Of a stretch of DNA of 64,000 nucleotides, positions 18,909-28,977 are shown one piece after another. The DNA is from Giardia intestinalis (taxonomy: Eukaryota): NCBI GenBank assembly GCA_000002435.2, contig CM018792.1; one strand, given 5' to 3'. The notes below the pieces were generated by a model. It worked only from the letters and a program-made list of their open reading frames with translations. It did no database searches and was not told where the DNA came from. Positions within the stretch are counted from its first letter, which is position 1; the number at the start of each line of letters is the position of its first letter. A program made the position numbers and the translations under genes.

Positions 18909-21197
18909 TTTTATTGCCCTCCTGCTGTTGGATCCTTTTGTGCTCTTATTTGTCCTTGCAACGTTACTCACGACGCCACTCGTTTTCTTCGGTATGTCCT
19001 GAGAAGAAACCTTAGATGAGACAGCCCGCTTTTCACTTCTGTCTAAAGAAATGCCTGAAGATCCTCCTAACTTCAGCTCTCGTGGATGCTCTGTTAGTAG
19101 ATCGGCAACGTCTTCCTTTACCTTGGTGGCTGCTCCGACCAAGTGCATTGGTGGTCTTCTCAGCTTCGATAAGGGTTTGAGAGGCTTTGAAAGCAGAGAC
19201 TCTAACCGGGCCCTAGAGATCTTTATTTGCTCAGAGAGCTCTTGAGAGACGGCCTGTGCTTCAGGGTTATTTGTAAATTCTCGAAAGTCCCCATCTGACT
19301 CATCCGAGGAACTATTAAAGTTCTTCTCGTCGCGACGCTTGTACGACTGTCTCCTCATAAAGCTCTGGTTTTCGACAAGAGCGTCTGCCGCCTTAGAGGC
19401 CGCAAGCCAGATGTGCTTGATGCTTTTTAGAATGTCACTCTGGATGTCAATAGCTGGAGGCATTGTCTTCTGGGTGTAGCCACACACAGATGCGATTTGG
19501 ACAAAGCGACTGTTGTCAGCTGGAGAAATCAGAGAGACTGCCATTCCCACATGCTTCTGGTCAGCGCCCGATTCCACCCGTGCTGCACGACCAACCCGGT
19601 GGATATGACTGGAGGTGGAGTCCGGGGCCGAATGCTGAATAACAAGCGATACATGGGGAATGTCAAGGCCTCGGGCGCACACATCTGTAGTGATTAGAAC
19701 GGTATCATCACGGTCACGGAGTCTGTCCACATTCTTATATCTCTGACGCTGAGGCATCGACGCATGTACACACCACGCGGAGATGCCAAGGAGCTGGAAT
19801 ATGGTCGTGAAGTTCTTAGCCTGATCAATAGTCTTTACAAAGATGATCGTGGGGTAACGATATCGGATCACGAGATACGCCATTAATACGCTTTTCTCCG
19901 CCTCATCAAACACGTGATTCCACAGTTCAAAAACAGCCTTATTAACGATACAATCTGGAGATATGTCAACAATGACCAATTTGCTGCCCGAAAAGCCTAG
20001 ATTGCTAAGAACCTTCAACCACGACATGTATATCTGCCGCTGGCTTTCGGTTACTGATGCGTTATCAGCTATTTCGAGCACGAGCGCCTTCTTCGATGAG
20101 CGAATAGCTCTGTCGAATTTGTTGTCCTTGCGAGAACCCCACTTCTTCTCCTTCCATGTTCTTCCTTGATTAGATGGCTGCCCTGTCTCCTCATCGGGCT
20201 CTGAAAACTTTATATTCCGCTCTCTGAGCAGCGATGGAAGGCTCATAGTTGCTGAGCTGATTGTGACTTTTGCTGTACAACCATCGACCACGGTGCTTGT
20301 GAGAGAGCTACACAAGTCTATGAGCTCATGAAACCGGCCCTTCTGAAGCATCTTATCTGACTCATCTATGACCAGTCTGTCTATCAAGCTGGTGTCGGCG
20401 AAGAACGCATTAGACCTTGAAATGTCATACAAACGGCCCGGGGTGCCCACTAGTATGAGGGGCCGCTCCCGTATGAAGCGCTCCTGCTTCTGGGGAGAGA
20501 TCCCGCCCACAATGGTGTACATTATGCGAAAACACTTCTGGATGTCCCCAAATATTGTTGTCATCACAGTATTGATCTGCGTGGCCAGCTCGCGTGTCGG
20601 TGCAATGATAAGGGTCTGCAAGGCTCGCCTCTGGGCCTGGTCTGGGCGCTTGAGGGCATTGGTCACCAGGGTAAATGCCTTGTGAAGTGCTGGGAGCAGA
20701 TATGCAAGGGTCTTCCCAGAACCTGTTTCAGCGGCGATGACAAGGGACTTGTTATGGAGGGCAGCCCTTATTGTCTGAGTCTGAATGGCGCGGGGCTTGG
20801 TATATCCTGCTCGCACCAAATACTTACAGAGAACAGGATGAAGGCCCAGTCTAACCCATTCATCTATGCCCTCAACGTCGGCAAGAGAGCATATTTCATC
20901 AACAAACTCCTGCTTGTAACTGTGATCAGCCATAACATTCAGCTCATCCTCAGGAAAACTCTGAAAAGCATTTGAATCCTCACTGCTCTCTGCAGAAGAT
21001 GCCTTCTGCGGGGAGCTCTTGGCCTTATCGAAGAGGTTCTGCTGAAAAAGCTCCTTATGGGAAATTGTCTCCAGACTGACGAGCCCAGAATGTATGTCTC
21101 CGTTCTGGAGCTTGAGTGACGGGTCGGGCCGCCACTTTGCCCGGTGGAGGATGGACGTCGCGACAGGCCTCATTGAATTAATTCCATCGCGGACCAA
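18903..21197 (-). CDS. DEAD-box (DESD variant) ATP-dependent RNA helicase
   Basis: Motifs Q (TKPRAIQ), I (AAETGSGKTLAYLLP), Ia (PTRELATQ), Ib (GTPGRL), II (DESDKM), III (SAT), ARGLDIP, VI (HRVGRAAR). Long charged/Ser-rich C-terminal tail typical of nucleolar DEAD-box helicases. Confidence 0.85.
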   Translation of the reverse strand: MVRDGINSMRPVATSILHRAKWRPDPSLKLQNGDIHSGLVSLETISHKELFQQNLFDKAKSSPQKASSAESSEDSNAFQSFPEDELNVMADHSYKQEFVDEICSLADVEGIDEWVRLGLHPVLCKYLVRAGYTKPRAIQTQTIRAALHNKSLVIAAETGSGKTLAYLLPALHKAFTLVTNALKRPDQAQRRALQTLIIAPTRELATQINTVMTTIFGDIQKCFRIMYTIVGGISPQKQERFIRERPLILVGTPGRLYDISRSNAFFADTSLIDRLVIDESDKMLQKGRFHELIDLCSSLTSTVVDGCTAKVTISSATMSLPSLLRERNIKFSEPDEETGQPSNQGRTWKEKKWGSRKDNKFDRAIRSSKKALVLEIADNASVTESQRQIYMSWLKVLSNLGFSGSKLVIVDISPDCIVNKAVFELWNHVFDEAEKSVLMAYLVIRYRYPTIIFVKTIDQAKNFTTIFQLLGISAWCVHASMPQRQRYKNVDRLRDRDDTVLITTDVCARGLDIPHVSLVIQHSAPDSTSSHIHRVGRAARVESGADQKHVGMAVSLISPADNSRFVQIASVCGYTQKTMPPAIDIQSDILKSIKHIWLAASKAADALVENQSFMRRQSYKRRDEKNFNSSSDESDGDFREFTNNPEAQAVSQELSEQIKISRARLESLLSKPLKPLSKLRRPPMHLVGAATKVKEDVADLLTEHPRELKLGGSSGISLDRSEKRAVSSKVSSQDIPKKTSGVVSNVARTNKSTKGSNSRRAIKL

Positions 21198-21403
21198 GCA
21201 TTTGTGTAAAATTACTGCTAAAAGTGAAATTAATACAAAACACTTAGACCAAATCTACCAGGATGGCAATCCTCGAGCAATAGACGCGACTGGCTGACTG
21301 TCTTGCCATCAATATTCTGTACTCTAGCTACCGGACGGGCAGTGGAAGGACCGACGAGCACTGACATTCAAGCAATGACTGCGGAAAAATTCTAGATTAC
21401 AAA

Positions 21404-23065
21404 ATGGAATCTCCCTTAAAAACCGGCAGATTGGCTTCCGATGACGCAAATGTATTCTCACTGGTAGAACTGCTGGAGACAGATGCGGTCAAAATGCTTT
21501 GCGAATCCATGGTCATTGATAGACGGAACGATTTCATTAACTATTACACAACCTTATTTCCAACGCACATGGATCGTGTGATCATCGGGCAAACGCTTAG
21601 CGGCTCCCATAATGTGGTAAACCTGAACACGGGAACAGTTATCAACACGTTTGAGCGCCGCCAGGCCCTTTCGTCATTTTCTCACGACTCGCAGCTGTGG
21701 TGCGCCATTGACCCGCTGAGCCAGTCACTTTATCTCCGTGACTGGGCCATTCCGCGCCTCCTCATCTTCCATGAGTTCCAAGATCACCTTGTGCTCAGCA
21801 CTGCACTGATGCAGGACTACATAGCGATCATTTACACCAAGCTTCCACCAGCAAAGAGGGCCAAGTCTTCGGGGAAAGCTTCTTCAAAGACATGTCTTAG
21901 CCGGGCAACAAGCGACCATGATATACAAGCCAATGACCCTGAGTCCGAGGTCAAGACGTTCGCAGATCACGGTGACAACATGGACGATGGGGCTATCGGG
22001 GACCTAAGAGACTCTGACCTGGACACCGCGCAGATTCCTGAGAAAGATGTCGATCCAGGGTTCTTAAGCAGAAGCCTTAGCCAACTGAATGTTATCAGTA
22101 ACACCGCGGGAGATCTTACCAGCGTGGAGCTGAACGATGACTCCGATGATTCGGAGAGCTCTGAACACTTAAAGAATTATACTTCTATGAGTCTTGCTAG
22201 AGACCGTGACTACATGCTCTCGTGTAGAAACACACTTGATAGTAAGCTGTCTACCCGTAAGCAAGGTGGCAGCCCCGTTGCTACCTCAATGGACGGGACC
22301 TCGTCCAAAGGAGAGGTATCATCGCTGAGTGACCAGCACAGGCTGGTGTCTACTGTCCCCCTATCGATTAATCAGAGTCCCCTTCTTTCCCAAAGTGCAA
22401 CCCTTTCCTTCCTTGACAGAGAGGAGGTCAGAACTCCTGTGGACCAGCTGACCCCTAATAAGAGCATAGAGCCCGAGTTCACCGTTAACATATATCGCAT
22501 AAACAAGAGCGTGCACGGAAACACTTTTACGGCTCCGTACTCCCTTGATAGGGTGGTGAGTCAGCGCCTCCGTGGATCGGTTGTGCTGGGAAGCTATTTC
22601 GAAACCGATCAAACACGCCTATATATTGTCATGCCCAATTACGAAATGTATATTATGGACCTAATTACATACGAAACAGAGTTTGTAAAAACGACTGCTT
22701 ATCCCCAACGCTTCGGACTAGGGCATGCAGGCGGAGAGTATCGCTTCACAATCTCATCAACAGGAAAAAATTTGAAACTGAGCACTCCGATAAGCACATA
22801 TGGGCAGTACATACTGACCTCAAACAAAGAATGTAGCACGGTCTATCGCAATGAAAAGGTCTACATTGAGGGGCTTCCGCCTGCAGCCTGTCTCAGCCCT
22901 AAGAAGCCAGTTGTTTGGTTTTACATAAGCGGGAGGTTTTGCGAGCTTAACTTATTAAAAGTCAAACGTAACCAAAGAACCCTAATACTTAAGACGAATG
23001 CAAGGGGCCAGATGCCAACTAATTCTAAAATTTCTAAACCGGCTATTGCTTATAAGGTAAAGTAA
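21404..23065 (+). CDS. Hypothetical protein, paralog B (homologous to 17682..18908) with ~200-aa acidic/Ser-rich low-complexity insert
   Basis: 553-aa ORF. N-terminal block FINYYTTLFP..GSHNV..NTFERR..LWCAIDP..LRDWAIPRLLIFHEF and C-terminal block LSTPISTYGQYILTSNKECSTVYRNEKVYIEGLPPAACLSPKKPVVWFY match paralog A. Central D/E/S-rich segment has no counterpart in A. Confidence 0.6.
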   Translation: MESPLKTGRLASDDANVFSLVELLETDAVKMLCESMVIDRRNDFINYYTTLFPTHMDRVIIGQTLSGSHNVVNLNTGTVINTFERRQALSSFSHDSQLWCAIDPLSQSLYLRDWAIPRLLIFHEFQDHLVLSTALMQDYIAIIYTKLPPAKRAKSSGKASSKTCLSRATSDHDIQANDPESEVKTFADHGDNMDDGAIGDLRDSDLDTAQIPEKDVDPGFLSRSLSQLNVISNTAGDLTSVELNDDSDDSESSEHLKNYTSMSLARDRDYMLSCRNTLDSKLSTRKQGGSPVATSMDGTSSKGEVSSLSDQHRLVSTVPLSINQSPLLSQSATLSFLDREEVRTPVDQLTPNKSIEPEFTVNIYRINKSVHGNTFTAPYSLDRVVSQRLRGSVVLGSYFETDQTRLYIVMPNYEMYIMDLITYETEFVKTTAYPQRFGLGHAGGEYRFTISSTGKNLKLSTPISTYGQYILTSNKECSTVYRNEKVYIEGLPPAACLSPKKPVVWFYISGRFCELNLLKVKRNQRTLILKTNARGQMPTNSKISKPAIAYKVK

Positions 23066-23173
23066 ATGTGTACTAAGGATAAGATGTCGCCAGAAACTGC
23101 CACAAGACAGCTGAGTTGGAAACTGAGCTGGGAATTGATCTGAGAATTTAAAAATTAAAAGGGTGGCAGGACC

Positions 23174-24757
23174 ATGGTTGTAATCCGCATTCAAACTCCC
23201 GAGGGCCAAATAAGGGCAAATATGGAGAGCACTGCTACTGTGAAAGACCTCTTCCGCGAGATCAGCAATATGCTTTCGCTGTCCTTGAAGGACGTTGCAA
23301 ACGCTCTGTACTTTGACGTCAAGTATACTAACCTGGTTTATTCCCACGACATCCATTCAGCAGACCTATTATCTAAGCACTCATCTCTGCAGCATGGCGC
23401 CCTTTTATATTTGAAGATGGAGCGAGATTTGGGGAGCGATAGTGACAGTGACAGTGATAGCGTAAGCCCGGAGGCCTTGTTCCGCAACATCATGTCTCTT
23501 AAGGATCTCCCTCGTCCCCCAACAAAAGGGAAGCACTGTACACACGACTCTACCATGCGATGCACACGCTGCTACATGGAGTGGGAGGATGCGTTTCTCA
23601 AGTACATAGGGAAGACTCGCGAGGACCTCCAGATGAATGAGCACATCAGGGCCAGCGAAACTGACGCTATGGATGCGGCAGCGGCAGCCTTCGATCCGTG
23701 GTCTACATCTCCGGATTCGAAGTCGGGGACGCACAGTCCTCGAAAGGGCCTACAAAGCTATCAGAGCGTGAATAATATCCAGCACCTTAAAGATAACATA
23801 ACCAAGTTCCAGCTGAATATTGAGCGCCAGAAAAAGGCGCTGGTTGCGTGCCTTTCTGTGTCGGAAACGCAGATGATGGAGGTGCGCAAGCTGGTGGAGG
23901 AATCAATGTATAACCGGAACTTTTACGGAGTCATGTACGGCCGCTATGAATACCTTTCGGAGGCTAACAGGCTCGAGGCTAACGTGTTCATAGAGTGGAT
24001 CTACATCCCACCTCAGGAGTGCATAGCTGGGACCGTCGTTGTACTGTCGGACCCGTGCAGCAAAGCAAAGAATAAAGCGGCTGAGAAAATTGCCAATGCA
24101 TTTGGCTTAATAAACATGGGCCACACCTTCACCCATTTTAACGATCGCGGCTTTATCCTGTCTGGAGCCGAGATAGGCTCGCTTGCTGTGCGGACGGCAA
24201 AGTTAGAGGCCCGTGGCGCTGAGCACGCCAAGTTTATGACAAACTTGCGCGGCTGTATCGACAAGACCCGCAAAGAGTTAGTTCTCGACGCTTTTGCAGC
24301 ATCGCGACAGCTTGTGAACCTCGCGCGTAACAACATCCTCGTCGAAAACAAGGTGGAGGACCCTGGCAACTTTGTTCGCTTCAGTGAAAAGCAGATCTTT
24401 GAACTTAAGGCATCTGAGTTGGTGGATGCTGTATGTTTTCTTGTTCCCGTGGCTGTCACGACACACAAGGATATCATCACCACGATGAAGACCAAGATAT
24501 GCTCATCAGACTTTCCGAGCCTGGGGAGTCCCTGCCCACCGACTCTGCACGACGTCGCCAGCTATATCTCTATCCATAAGTCACAGAAGCTGAGTGAGGT
24601 ATATGCCAATTGTAACTACCTAGTTTATCTTACTGACATTATCTCTATTGAGGAGGTCATAATGTTGATAGATTTGATAAAGAGGGGTGCGCCTAATGAG
24701 TCATTTGAAGAAATTGATAATATCATAAAGGGAACGGTGAATGCAACCCTCGTGTGA
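23174..24757 (+). CDS. NPL4: NPL4-family protein (Cdc48/p97 cofactor)
   Basis: N-terminal ubiquitin-like fold (MVVIRIQTPEGQIRANMESTATVKDLF, compare NPLOC4 IIRVQSPDGVKRITATKRETAAT). zf-NPL4-like Cys cluster (CTHDSTMRCTRC). NPL4-domain core (FYGVMYGRYEYLSE..NVFIEWIYIPPQ, compare GYLYGRY..AAIYEPPQ). In-frame (SD)4 microsatellite at 23435..23461. Confidence 0.65.
   Translation: MVVIRIQTPEGQIRANMESTATVKDLFREISNMLSLSLKDVANALYFDVKYTNLVYSHDIHSADLLSKHSSLQHGALLYLKMERDLGSDSDSDSDSVSPEALFRNIMSLKDLPRPPTKGKHCTHDSTMRCTRCYMEWEDAFLKYIGKTREDLQMNEHIRASETDAMDAAAAAFDPWSTSPDSKSGTHSPRKGLQSYQSVNNIQHLKDNITKFQLNIERQKKALVACLSVSETQMMEVRKLVEESMYNRNFYGVMYGRYEYLSEANRLEANVFIEWIYIPPQECIAGTVVVLSDPCSKAKNKAAEKIANAFGLINMGHTFTHFNDRGFILSGAEIGSLAVRTAKLEARGAEHAKFMTNLRGCIDKTRKELVLDAFAASRQLVNLARNNILVENKVEDPGNFVRFSEKQIFELKASELVDAVCFLVPVAVTTHKDIITTMKTKICSSDFPSLGSPCPPTLHDVASYISIHKSQKLSEVYANCNYLVYLTDIISIEEVIMLIDLIKRGAPNESFEEIDNIIKGTVNATLV
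23435..23461 (+). repeat. In-frame (AGY-GAY)n microsatellite encoding (Ser-Asp)4-Ser within NPL4
   Basis: agcgatagtgacagtgacagtgatagc encodes SDSDSDSDS in the NPL4 reading frame. Confidence 0.7.
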
Positions 24758-24774
24758 CGCTCGTCGCAAGTCTG

Positions 24775-27700
24775 CTAATAGAGCTCCTCAGTGCAGAGAG
24801 TTTCTAGTGTAGCGTCTCCATTACGCTCATATGCTGTGCCAGCAGAACCTGGTGACCCCGCCAGGAGCGGCCGGCGGATTATGATGTGCACGCGTATTCG
24901 CGGGTCTTCGAATGTGAGATAAGATGGGAGCTTTGGAGAGCCTACGAAGTACTGGATTTGATCATTGTGAAGCGAACAAAGCATGTCGTGAGCTACCTTC
25001 TCGAACTTATCGTCGAGGCCCTGGTTTATCTCATCTACGAGCCTGAACCTGATGGAGCTCAGTGCCTTCTGGCCATATAGTGAATTGACAAGACAGAGAG
25101 CTACCACCGAGCTCTCTCCGCCAGAAAGAGTGATGCCTGTTAGTGTTTCGTTGGCAACGAACTGCGTCCTGAGCTCTAGGCCTGGCTTTAGGGAAGTCAT
25201 AAGCGGTACTATGGCTTGGATTTGGGGCTCCTTGACTACGGGTTTGAATGCCTTTGACAGGGCAATGAGCTGGCTCTCCTGGACTTCGTTTGTCAAGAAG
25301 GTAGACAAAGATACTCTGGCAGATAAAATGTGCTTGCTCTTTTGATACTTCCTTGAGAACATATCTACTGATGCATCGCTCGCTCGACTCGCTCGGGTAT
25401 CTTGCTTGTGATGGTGTGTATCACTGTCGGAAGACTCGTCGGATACATCGAGGTCAAGGTATGATGCTTGCTTCAACTTGTCGAGAAAAGGCTCCAGCTT
25501 TAACATAAGAATAGAGCCATCTTCACTAGCTTTTCGCTGAACGTAGCTGGCCGTCCTCTTAGCGCTAGGCTCCGCTGGCTCAGTGTTAGCAATAGAATTT
25601 TCTGACGCTGCTGTGCTGCTTTCTGAGTCGTTGCCCTCGTCCCCGGTTTTCTGGCCATTCAACACTAGTGCAGTATATGAATCTATTTCTAATGTATTAC
25701 TAGTAGATGAAATGGATACTGCTTTTAAGGAAGGATTCTCTATCAGGAAGGCGGTGAACTTATCCATTTCAAAGCAGCGTCGATGGTCCCCATCGTACTC
25801 CTTAAGAAGCGCATGTGCTGCGTCAAACTCTGGTGAGACTACGGATGCATTTCTCCTTCTGTCTGAGGTAAAAAGACCCGTGAGTACTGCCTCTCCGGAG
25901 ATTCCGAACTCCCTTATGTTATCTCCAAATCGTTTGCTCACCTCTGCTATCACCTCAGCTACGCTATCTTGAACTGTGCGGATCACCTCAAGCAAACGGA
26001 AAAGGTGGACAAGTATATACGCATTTGACGCAAACCTGTCACTTAGAAAGTCGCAAAACTTTTTCTTTTCCGTTAGAAAGGTATCTTTGATCGATTGGTC
26101 TTGCTTGGATTGCTGCAACTTAAACCTGTTCTCCAGATTATTGACAAAGGCTTTGAAACATGTTAAATCCACGGTATATGGGCTGGTAAGGTCCATTGCC
26201 GAAGCCTGTAGCTTTGCAGACGCAACGTGCTTTGTCAACTCTTTGGCAAATTCTCTGTGTGTTAAAAGATATGGAACTGTTGTTTCCAGCGACGAAGAGT
26301 CGCAAGGACTTTCAAGGGGAGGGTCAGGTGCCATGTCTGGACAGAGTACCTTTAGGATTGATAGTATGCGGCTCTTTCTGACCCTAAATACGTCCTCGAT
26401 ATTGCCTAACGTATTCTCTCTAAAGACACTGGCCCGCTTTTGTGCTAATTGATGCTCATCTTGCGCAGATGTCAAACTGATATTAAGATCATTCCCCCTT
26501 TTGTGGAGGTCTTTGACCTGTGTGGCAAGAGGTATAAGAACTTGAATATCAGCGAGCCTTGCTTTACTCTGGGCCAGTGCAGAAATGGCCGACGTGCTCA
26601 GTAAGTTGGACATATCTGTGTATGCATTTTCGGCGGCAAGGATGTCTTGTTCTGTGACGACTTTATAAGTTTTCATCCTGGCATCTAGGGTGTTGAGCTC
26701 CGAGCGACACTCACGCAGCAATTGATTAGTCTCAGTTAGCTTGACTCTGCTTTGGTTCATAAATAACTTAAGCTCCTCCATGCGTGATCTCGCTGCCTGA
26801 ATGCTATCGCTGTACGAGTCCTGCAGCTCTTTGACCTCCTTTTCAACGGCTCTCTTGTCTTCTAGAATCTTGTGCATAAACCGTGGATATCTCATTTGTT
26901 CTGCATAGCCTTGAACACATTCAGCATATGCCCTAGTAGGGTCAAGACCGTACGACGTGCGGGCCAGGAGCTGCCTCTGGTTATTAGACGTCCCGATATG
27001 CAGCATTCCATCATGACATAAGATGTTGAAGGTGCCCACATTAGACTCCATGAATCGGATGATCTCAGCATTTGTTAGCTTGGACCCTGATGAAGATTGG
27101 ACATACACTGCGACACTTAGCTTCTGGAAAAAGTGATTCAGTACGATGGGGTTTCCATCTAGGCAATCTATTAGAAACGCGATGTTAGCCATGGCGGATG
27201 CTTGTACTGAGGACCCCGACGCCGAAAGAGTTCTAATACCCGCCGTGTTGATGGTCTTAGTCTTTAGTGAAGCATATTGGTTTTCCAGCTCTCGATTAGC
27301 GCGATTGTATGCTTCTTGGTAATCCATCTCGAGATAATCTTGAAGGAGCTCGATGGTGGTTGCGCCGCCTCTATCCCTGTACTGATCAAATCTCCTACTA
27401 AGGTTTGATTGGTGTTCTATTGAGTTGGTTAGTACAGTATACAAGGATTGGCCGAGGGCGGATTGAAGCATGAACTTAACAATATTAAAAGGAATTGGCG
27501 TATCCGATTTTATGCCTATCCACTTTGCTATGGGAACAAATAAAAAATATCGCATTGAGCTATCAAGCTCTAACTCAAGAGAGGCCTGGTAGATATCTGC
27601 AAGCCAGCTATAATGGGGCAGACTCCTACATTGAAGCACCAGCTGCTCTCGCTGTTCTCGTTCATCTTCTATCTGCTGATGTCTGACCATCGCATCCTTA

Positions 27701-28941
27701 TATTCGGTCGACGCATATAGTGATGATGCTTCAAAGTTCATGTTGCATAGTGCTACTGACGCCTCTGACCTCTTTGCTTCGAGTTCGCTGATGGAGGTTT
27801 CATACTCGTGAATCTGGTCATTCAGCGAATTGATTCGCTGTTGTAGAGCGAGGTGATCCTCATCAGATTGGCTTTGTTTTTGGGTGATAGCTGCTTCATA
27901 TGCTGATTGGAGGTCAAGAAGCCGCTTTGAATTTGCTGTAATAGTTCGAGATAACCGCTCTAGCGAAACTATGGAACTTTTCATGACAGTAAACCTCCTC
28001 TCCATCTCTTCTGTTACCCGTTGTACTTCAAGCTGGGTCTTCTCAATGTCTCTCTTCAGGGTAATTAGTGGCTCTTCCTTTGATTGCATGTCGCTCACTA
28101 GTTTCTTGTATTCATGCAGTGTCTTGGTTCGCTCTGTGTTGACTTCTAGAAATTCTAACACTAACAAAGCCTGCCGGCCTAAATTGACGGTTTGCTTCAA
28201 GGATCCTAGCTCTATAATCTTCATTGCATTCTGTACCATTTTTAGAAAGTCGTCGTGCTTACTAATGTAGGAGGTCTCAAAGGTTTCGCGTGCGGCTCGG
28301 CAGAAACTCATTAAGGACATGGCCTGTGGCTGAAGGCTTTCCAGTGTATTGGTCAGATCGGGGAAAATAAGATCAAGGAACTTAATTAATCGCTCGCTGG
28401 GTGTCATCAGAGTTAGTCTCTGAGCATCAGATTGCATCATCGATTGGAAAGGGTTGTCTACCTGGATTTCAAAGTTCTTTCTTATGTCTCTGCATAGCTT
28501 ATCTTGCGTAATTGCCCTCCCATTTGCGTAGAATTGCACGTGCTTGCCTCTTTTCAATAGTACGTGTACAGTATAAATAGATTCATGCGTCAATCTACTC
28601 AGTACATAATTGTGTGTCTTGTGGCAAAACACGTCGGTAACTTTGGTAAACAGATTGTGGGCGTCTGGCACTGATAGCTTGCTAACATTGCAGATGGTCA
28701 CCAAAGCACATGAAAATAACTGATGCTCTTGTATCAATGAGTCTGTATCGCACAGATCTGGATGCCGCGATCCTAGACAAAGCGCCACCGCATAGAGGAG
28801 CGTGGTCTTACCAAAGCCATTAGGGGCGACAAAATAGTTGACGGTAGGGAGGGCGTATACTCTGGCGTGTCCAACACCTCTAAAGTGGTAGCATTCAATG
28901 CCAATAATCTGCCCAGAGGAAAAGCTGGGCTGCTCCATGAG
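24775..28941 (-). CDS. SMC-family ABC ATPase, SMC5/SMC6-like (long coiled coils)
   Basis: N-terminal Walker A (FVAPNGFGKTTLL). Around 1000 aa of heptad-rich coiled coil. C-terminal signature LSGGESS plus Walker B/D-loop (RFRLVDEINQGLD). The longest ORF extends to 29043, but the Met at 28941 (MEQPSFSS..) places Walker A ~36 aa from the N-terminus as in SMCs and removes the overlap with the divergent gene. Confidence 0.7.
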   Translation of the reverse strand, partial: LMEQPSFSSGQIIGIECYHFRGVGHARVYALPTVNYFVAPNGFGKTTLLYAVALCLGSRHPDLCDTDSLIQEHQLFSCALVTICNVSKLSVPDAHNLFTKVTDVFCHKTHNYVLSRLTHESIYTVHVLLKRGKHVQFYANGRAITQDKLCRDIRKNFEIQVDNPFQSMMQSDAQRLTLMTPSERLIKFLDLIFPDLTNTLESLQPQAMSLMSFCRAARETFETSYISKHDDFLKMVQNAMKIIELGSLKQTVNLGRQALLVLEFLEVNTERTKTLHEYKKLVSDMQSKEEPLITLKRDIEKTQLEVQRVTEEMERRFTVMKSSIVSLERLSRTITANSKRLLDLQSAYEAAITQKQSQSDEDHLALQQRINSLNDQIHEYETSISELEAKRSEASVALCNMNFEASSLYASTEYKDAMVRHQQIEDEREQREQLVLQCRSLPHYSWLADIYQASLELELDSSMRYFLFVPIAKWIGIKSDTPIPFNIVKFMLQSALGQSLYTVLTNSIEHQSNLSRRFDQYRDRGGATTIELLQDYLEMDYQEAYNRANRELENQYASLKTKTINTAGIRTLSASGSSVQASAMANIAFLIDCLDGNPIVLNHFFQKLSVAVYVQSSSGSKLTNAEIIRFMESNVGTFNILCHDGMLHIGTSNNQRQLLARTSYGLDPTRAYAECVQGYAEQMRYPRFMHKILEDKRAVEKEVKELQDSYSDSIQAARSRMEELKLFMNQSRVKLTETNQLLRECRSELNTLDARMKTYKVVTEQDILAAENAYTDMSNLLSTSAISALAQSKARLADIQVLIPLATQVKDLHKRGNDLNISLTSAQDEHQLAQKRASVFRENTLGNIEDVFRVRKSRILSILKVLCPDMAPDPPLESPCDSSSLETTVPYLLTHREFAKELTKHVASAKLQASAMDLTSPYTVDLTCFKAFVNNLENRFKLQQSKQDQSIKDTFLTEKKKFCDFLSDRFASNAYILVHLFRLLEVIRTVQDSVAEVIAEVSKRFGDNIREFGISGEAVLTGLFTSDRRRNASVVSPEFDAAHALLKEYDGDHRRCFEMDKFTAFLIENPSLKAVSISSTSNTLEIDSYTALVLNGQKTGDEGNDSESSTAASENSIANTEPAEPSAKRTASYVQRKASEDGSILMLKLEPFLDKLKQASYLDLDVSDESSDSDTHHHKQDTRASRASDASVDMFSRKYQKSKHILSARVSLSTFLTNEVQESQLIALSKAFKPVVKEPQIQAIVPLMTSLKPGLELRTQFVANETLTGITLSGGESSVVALCLVNSLYGQKALSSIRFRLVDEINQGLDDKFEKVAHDMLCSLHNDQIQYFVGSPKLPSYLTFEDPRIRVHIIIRRPLLAGSPGSAGTAYERNGDATLETLCTEELY

Positions 28942-28977
28942 AGCCGTGGCTTCAGTGTCAAAAGCTTTTAATGAATA
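28942..28977. promoter_or_regulatory. Putative shared AT-rich bidirectional promoter for the SMC5/6-like gene (-) and the ankyrin-RING gene (+)
   Basis: agcttttaatgaataatgaaaaagg lies between the MEQPSF Met of the SMC gene and the ATG of the ankyrin-RING gene. Confidence 0.4.

Noticed and set aside
19470-19495. ccacacacag resembling the Giardia intron 3' consensus (CTRACACACAG)
   Set aside because: It lacks the CTRAC branch element and lies antisense inside the uninterrupted DEAD-box helicase ORF, with no GTATGT donor nearby. Probably coincidental.
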